Part shown: one piece after another, positions 59,157-64,000 of the stretch
Layout of the letters: every line of letters begins with the position of its first letter
Position numbering within the stretch: position 1 is the first letter of the stretch
Assembly: GCA_963662285.2 (NCBI GenBank)
Contig: CAXXMV010000008.1
Location: 640,001 to 704,000 of the forward strand
Direction of reading: 5' to 3'
DNA: 64,000 bases
DNA from: a bacterium
GTDB lineage: Bacteria > Hinthialibacterota > Hinthialibacteria > Hinthialibacterales > Hinthialibacteraceae
Notes under the pieces: generated by a model
What the model saw: the letters and a program-made list of their open reading frames with translations, nothing else
Database searches by the model: none
Told to the model about the DNA's origin: nothing
Translations under genes and position numbers: made by a program

Positions 59157-61529
59157 ATGGACAAAAAGGAAGAGTTCCTCAATCGGCTGAGAGAGACATT
59201 CAAGGTAGAAGCGACCGAACGGATGCAGGTATTGACTACTAGCCTGATGGAATTGGAGAAAACGACCAATACGGCAAGGCGGAAGGAACTCATCGAAATC
59301 CTCTTTCGTGAAGTGCATAGCCTGAAAGGATCGGCTCGTTCGGTTGATTTTTCAAGCATAGAACTGATATGTCAGTCTCTTGAGAGCGTATTTCACGCTA
59401 TTAAGGATGGATCGCTAGATTTAACGCCGGCCTTGTTCGATATGCTTCACAATGTCAATGAAACCATTGGAAATCTTATTGCATCTTCCGACAGCCGCAC
59501 GAGTGATATTTCGGAGATTGTGCAAAGTTTGAACAACTGGGTAGCGGGGGATGCCCTTATGGAGCACCAGGAGAAAAAGAGCGGCCTGATTGCTCCCGAG
59601 AAAAAAGAACCACCACCGCTGGCTGAAATGCAAAATTCCATTCAAGAAAATCGAGGTACAGTTGCGGAAATAACATTCAATCCAGCTGTTGATACTGATG
59701 AGTTACCCGATCAAGAGGGGGATTCTGAGCCTAGTAAATCATCCCGGATGGATACGGTCCGAATCTCTACAGCAAAGTTGAATGCTCTTTTTTTGCAAGC
59801 CGAGGAAATGCTGTCGATAAAGCAAACACTGGATCAGCGGTTGACCGATCTCAAGGAGATCGGAGCTGAATTGGAACAGAAGGAAAAGGGATGGAACAAA
59901 ATCCTTCCTGAGATTCATCGTATACAAAAATCTTCCAGCAGCGGGAATGGGCGAAACGGTTGTGAGCAAACCGACTTTCATCCAGAAGAACTAATTAAAT
60001 TTCACCAAGATCACTCTACCCGCTTAAAAGTATTAAACCAACGCTTGAATAAGCTTCGCAAGTCGATAGAGCAAAATCGTAATTCCTTTGGCCGATTGAT
60101 TGACGATCATCTTGATGACATGAAAAAGGCTTTGATGCTTCCGTTTTCTTCGTTACTGGATATTTTCCCCAAACTGGTGAGAGACCTAAGCCGGGACCTG
60201 AAAAAAGATGTGGAATTAGTAAGCAGTGGTGAAAAAATTGAGATAGACAGGCGGATTCTTGAGGAGATGAAGGATCCGCTCATTCATCTGTTACGGAACT
60301 GCATCGATCATGGAATTGAGAAACCGGACGAGCGCGTGCGCCTTGGAAAGCCGCCTTGTGCGGTTGTCACTCTGTCCATATCGCATGTCACGGGCAATCA
60401 AATCGAGATTCTGGTGTCAGACGATGGCGCGGGAATCGACCTGGAGTCTGTGAAAACGGTCGTGGTCAAGCGGGGAATCGTTTCAAAAAAAGAAGCAATG
60501 CATATCAGTCCCCAGGAATTGTTATCAATGATATTCCGGTCGGAAGTCACGACAAGTCCGATGATAACAGATCTATCTGGCCGGGGATTGGGTTTAGCGA
60601 TAGCACGGGAAAAAGTGGAAAAACTCGGAGGACAGATTACGGTAGAGTCGGTTCTTCATACCCGGACTACCTTCCGGATTCTTTTACCTACAACGCTCTC
60701 GACCTTCCGGGGCGTTTTGATCCAAGTATCGGAACGGATGTTTGTCTTGCCCGCTGTAAATGTCGAACGTGTATTGGAAATTGCTCCGAAAGATATTTTA
60801 ACCGTGGAGAATAAGGAGATGATTTCCTTGAGTGGAAAGGCGGTTTGCCTGGTATGGTTGGTGGATGTTCTTGGACTGCCGCGAATCGAGAAGCCCGGAA
60901 AAAGCGTGCGGTCATTTCCAGCAGCTATCGTCGGCCATAAGAACGAGCGGGCCGCTCTGGTTGTGGATGAGGTGTTGCACGAGCAGGTTATGTTAGTAAA
61001 ACAATTGGGGAGACAACTCAAGCGCGTACGCAATATAGAGGGTGTGACAATTCTGGGATCAGGGAAGGTTGTCCCCATTTTGAGCGTTCCTGATTTGATG
61101 AAATCAGTGCAAGAGACAGCCGGTATTTCAAAACACAGTTTCCAAGCGGAAGAAAAACAAAAAAAGCAGAAATCGATTCTGGTGGTTGAAGATTCTATCA
61201 CATCCAGGATGCTTTTGCAAAACATCCTGGAATCGGCTGGGTATGAGGTCAAAACAGCCGTTGATGGGATCGATGCTTTCACGTCTTTGAGAACAGATCA
61301 GTTTGATTTAGTCGTCTCCGATATCGAAATGCCAAGGATGAATGGATTCGATCTGACTGCGAAGATCCGAAGCGATTCCAACTTATCGGCATTGCCGGTT
61401 GTGTTGGTGACCTCCCTTTCATCGCGGGAAGACCGGGAACATGGAATTGATGCAGGCGCCAATGCCTACATCGTGAAAAGCAATTTTGATCAGAGTAATT
61501 TACTAGGCGTCATCAAAAAATTGATTTAA
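59157..61529 (+). CDS. cheA: Hybrid CheA kinase with C-terminal receiver (WspE-like)
   Basis: FREVHSLKGSA Hpt, HLLRNCIDHGIE, SGRGLGL, a CheW-like domain and an ILVVEDS receiver. Confidence 0.95.
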   Translation: MDKKEEFLNRLRETFKVEATERMQVLTTSLMELEKTTNTARRKELIEILFREVHSLKGSARSVDFSSIELICQSLESVFHAIKDGSLDLTPALFDMLHNVNETIGNLIASSDSRTSDISEIVQSLNNWVAGDALMEHQEKKSGLIAPEKKEPPPLAEMQNSIQENRGTVAEITFNPAVDTDELPDQEGDSEPSKSSRMDTVRISTAKLNALFLQAEEMLSIKQTLDQRLTDLKEIGAELEQKEKGWNKILPEIHRIQKSSSSGNGRNGCEQTDFHPEELIKFHQDHSTRLKVLNQRLNKLRKSIEQNRNSFGRLIDDHLDDMKKALMLPFSSLLDIFPKLVRDLSRDLKKDVELVSSGEKIEIDRRILEEMKDPLIHLLRNCIDHGIEKPDERVRLGKPPCAVVTLSISHVTGNQIEILVSDDGAGIDLESVKTVVVKRGIVSKKEAMHISPQELLSMIFRSEVTTSPMITDLSGRGLGLAIAREKVEKLGGQITVESVLHTRTTFRILLPTTLSTFRGVLIQVSERMFVLPAVNVERVLEIAPKDILTVENKEMISLSGKAVCLVWLVDVLGLPRIEKPGKSVRSFPAAIVGHKNERAALVVDEVLHEQVMLVKQLGRQLKRVRNIEGVTILGSGKVVPILSVPDLMKSVQETAGISKHSFQAEEKQKKQKSILVVEDSITSRMLLQNILESAGYEVKTAVDGIDAFTSLRTDQFDLVVSDIEMPRMNGFDLTAKIRSDSNLSALPVVLVTSLSSREDREHGIDAGANAYIVKSNFDQSNLLGVIKKLI

Positions 61530-61544
61530 GCACGAGGCGCATTA

Positions 61545-62618
61545 ATGATAAAAGTATTGATTGTTGACGATTCACCGGTAGTGCGTGATTATCTGGCATA
61601 TATCCTGGTTGCGGATCCTGATATAGAGATTGCCGGATTTGCAAAAACCGGAAAAGAAGCTTGTGATTTTGTCCAAAATCACAAGCCGGACATCATCACC
61701 ATGGACATCCAAATGCCCGTCATGAATGGGTATGAGGCCACGCGCTGCATCATGGAATCCAATCCGGTTCCTATTGTTATCGTGAGCGCCAGTTGGGCGC
61801 CTAGCGAAGTCCAAAAGAGTTTTCAATGCATGGACGCTGGAGCCGTTGCTATATTGGAGAAACCCAGAGGGATAGGGTATCCGGGCTTTGAGGAATCAAG
61901 CAAAGAACTCATTCAAACCGTTAAATTGATGTCCGAAGTAAAGGTTGTACGCCGATGGCCCAAGAAACAACAAACCAATGCAGCAGTTTCCCGTGTTTCC
62001 ATGGATCAATTGGAGCGGTCTAAGACGGATATAAAAATCGTTGCTATCGGCGCCTCGACAGGAGGACCGAATGCCGTCAAAACCATTCTTTCGGGACTTA
62101 AAAAAAATTTCCCGGTTCCCATCGTTCTCGTCCAGCACATCTCCCCCGGTTTTCTTCCCGGTATGACCGAATGGCTCGATCAAAACAGTGAATTATCCAT
62201 TCAGATAGCCGCTCAGGGTGTATCGATGCAACCGGGGAACGTTTATATCGCTCCCGATGATCACCATATGGGTGTGACATTGGGTGGGCGGATCGTTCTT
62301 AATCAGGATGAGAAGGAATGTTTGCTCCGCCCTTCGGTATCGTATCTATTCCGTTCGGTCACCAACGTTTACGGGAAAAATGCGGCGGGAATTCTGCTGA
62401 CCGGCATGGGGAGAGACGGGGCGGATGAATTGAATCTGATGAAAGAAAAAGGGGCGGTCACCATGGCCCAGGACCAGGAAAGTTCGGTTGTTTTCGGAAT
62501 GCCGGGTGAGGCAGTCAAACTGGGTGCGGCGAAGTATGTGTTACCACCGAATCAAATTGTATTGATGCTTGAAAAATTATTGCTGGACAACGTATCACCA
62601 GAACATAATCCAGCGTGA
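61545..62618 (+). CDS. cheB: CheB methylesterase response regulator (WspF-like)
   Basis: Receiver plus IGASTGGP, VQHI and LTGMGRDG motifs. Confidence 0.95.
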   Translation: MIKVLIVDDSPVVRDYLAYILVADPDIEIAGFAKTGKEACDFVQNHKPDIITMDIQMPVMNGYEATRCIMESNPVPIVIVSASWAPSEVQKSFQCMDAGAVAILEKPRGIGYPGFEESSKELIQTVKLMSEVKVVRRWPKKQQTNAAVSRVSMDQLERSKTDIKIVAIGASTGGPNAVKTILSGLKKNFPVPIVLVQHISPGFLPGMTEWLDQNSELSIQIAAQGVSMQPGNVYIAPDDHHMGVTLGGRIVLNQDEKECLLRPSVSYLFRSVTNVYGKNAAGILLTGMGRDGADELNLMKEKGAVTMAQDQESSVVFGMPGEAVKLGAAKYVLPPNQIVLMLEKLLLDNVSPEHNPA

Positions 62619-62695
62619 GATAGCAGAAGAAATTTCATTCATTTCTGCAAAAGACAGATCGCATGGTATTTCTCTAATAATTGGAGATGAAAAGA

Positions 62696-64000
62696 ATGAA
62701 CATTATGAATCCAAACGGTATGATACAACATGATGAAGTAACAATCTTAATCGTTGAAGATAGTTCAACCCAGGCTGCGTTGTTGCAATTCATATTGGAA
62801 GAACATGGATTCACAGTTGCAGCGGCCTCGAATGGTAAAAAGGCTTTAACGTATGCCCGCGAGAAGAAACCCGCTCTGATCATCAGTGATATTGTTATGC
62901 CAGAGATGGATGGATACGAGATGTGCCGCGCAATTAAAACCTGCGAAGCCACTCAGCGCATCCCCGTAATCTTATTGACCACCTTATCAGATCCGCTGGA
63001 TATCATTCGTGGATTAGAAGCCATGTGCGATGACTATAATATCAAACCGTTTGATGAAGATTATCTTTTGTCTCAAATCGATTATTTCTTGAAAAATCCC
63101 ATTCAGCCGGAGAAATACGCAACACCACAGCAATTCGAATTCACCTATCTGAATGTAAAGCATGTTCTTCATTCAGATCCTGAGCGTATATTAAAACTAT
63201 TACTTTCGACATATGAAAATACCATATTACAAAATAACGAGTTGAAACGCACGAAGTCCGAAGTTCAGAAACTTAACTGTCTCAATGAAAAAAAGATTAT
63301 GGAGTTGCATGTCTCCGAAGACCGCTTCAAAACCCTGGTGATGACGATCCCCGACATCGTATACAAGATTGATGAGCGGGGTATCTTTACGTTCGTAAAT
63401 GATTCGGTCAAACATCTGGGGTATACGCCGGAGGAAATCATCGGTCGGCATTTTAGCGAATTTATCTACCCGGACGATGTGGAATCAGTCAGCCGGGAAT
63501 CGGTCTTATCGCAATACTGGGGGAAGAAGACGGGAGATGCCAATGCTCCCAAATTATTTGACGAGCGAAGAACGGGGGAACGAAGAACGAGTGGTCTGGT
63601 GATCCGGATTTTGCAGAAGGATGGGGGGAAATTAATTCCGGCTTTAATCGATACCTTAAGCAAAGATCATATTATCGCTGAAATCAATAGTTCCGGTTCG
63701 TATGAAATTAATCCTGCGACGAATCATCAAGCATTCATCGGTACGGTTGGCGTCATACGGGACATCACCGAACGGAAACAGTACGAGGATCAAATTCTTT
63801 TTCAAGGCAGTTTGCTGGAATCTATCAGCGAATCCTCTCGAGAGGGAATGCTGATTGTATCAAATGAGATGGAAATTATATCTTACAATAAGCGGTTTAT
63901 TGAAATGTTTCAGATAGATGATGTGGATATCAAGGGTCAACAAGGTCCGGAATTATTTTCCTGGATACAAAAACAACTAATCGAACCGGAATTGTTCTCC
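62696..64000 (+). CDS. Response regulator with receiver and PAS domain(s), likely output of the chemosensory system (runs off the window)
   Basis: Not in the ORF track because it has no stop in the window. RBS GGAG at 62683. Translates as ILIVEDSSTQ...ISDIVMPEMDGYEMC...PVILLT, then SEDRFKTLVMTIPDIVY...LGYTPEEIIGRHF (PAS). Confidence 0.88.
   Translation, partial: MNIMNPNGMIQHDEVTILIVEDSSTQAALLQFILEEHGFTVAAASNGKKALTYAREKKPALIISDIVMPEMDGYEMCRAIKTCEATQRIPVILLTTLSDPLDIIRGLEAMCDDYNIKPFDEDYLLSQIDYFLKNPIQPEKYATPQQFEFTYLNVKHVLHSDPERILKLLLSTYENTILQNNELKRTKSEVQKLNCLNEKKIMELHVSEDRFKTLVMTIPDIVYKIDERGIFTFVNDSVKHLGYTPEEIIGRHFSEFIYPDDVESVSRESVLSQYWGKKTGDANAPKLFDERRTGERRTSGLVIRILQKDGGKLIPALIDTLSKDHIIAEINSSGSYEINPATNHQAFIGTVGVIRDITERKQYEDQILFQGSLLESISESSREGMLIVSNEMEIISYNKRFIEMFQIDDVDIKGQQGPELFSWIQKQLIEPELFS

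Noticed and set aside
1-64000. CRISPR arrays, tRNA/rRNA genes, prophage or defence genes
   Set aside because: No regularly spaced repeats, structural RNA signatures, or phage or defence motifs were seen by eye. A covariance-model search would be needed to exclude small RNAs in the intergenic regions.

Overview
Bacterial genomic window with dense coding. No rRNA, tRNA or CRISPR array was detected. From left to right it contains: (1) 1-9.6 kb, an uncharacterised sugar or amino-sugar catabolic operon (class III aminotransferase, FGGY kinase, fucose/arabinose-type isomerase, sodium:solute symporter, amidohydrolase, two Gfo/Idh/MocA oxidoreductases). (2) 9.6-16.5 kb, an AlgI/AlgJ-type O-acylation module with a TolB-like propeller and a lipoprotein, facing a secreted transglutaminase-like/discoidin protein. 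(3) A tripartite RND efflux system. (4) Two small secreted proteins and a propeller-sensor/NarL two-component system. (5) 29.1-34.8 kb, a compact operon behind a sigma54-type promoter: cysteine-desulfurase-like enzyme, small protein, DUF3034-like outer-membrane barrel, 63-aa helical protein and two atypical V4R-fold proteins, followed by a chemoreceptor. This is the best candidate for an undescribed sensing system. (6) A 2906-aa secreted protein carrying both dockerin-like and cohesin-like modules, flanked by decayed HUH-transposase fragments (RAYT-like and IS200-like). (7) 44.6-64 kb, a signalling island with a CheB-CheR fusion, a PAS/GAF hybrid kinase, a sensorless kinase, a sigma54 activator and a Wsp-like chemosensory operon preceded by twin palindromes and a sigma54-like promoter. 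Three unrelated secreted proteins end in a shared [ST]-x-[VI]-x-x-[WF]-x-L-[YF]-x tail, a possible novel sorting signal. All family calls come from recognising motifs by eye; no database search was run.
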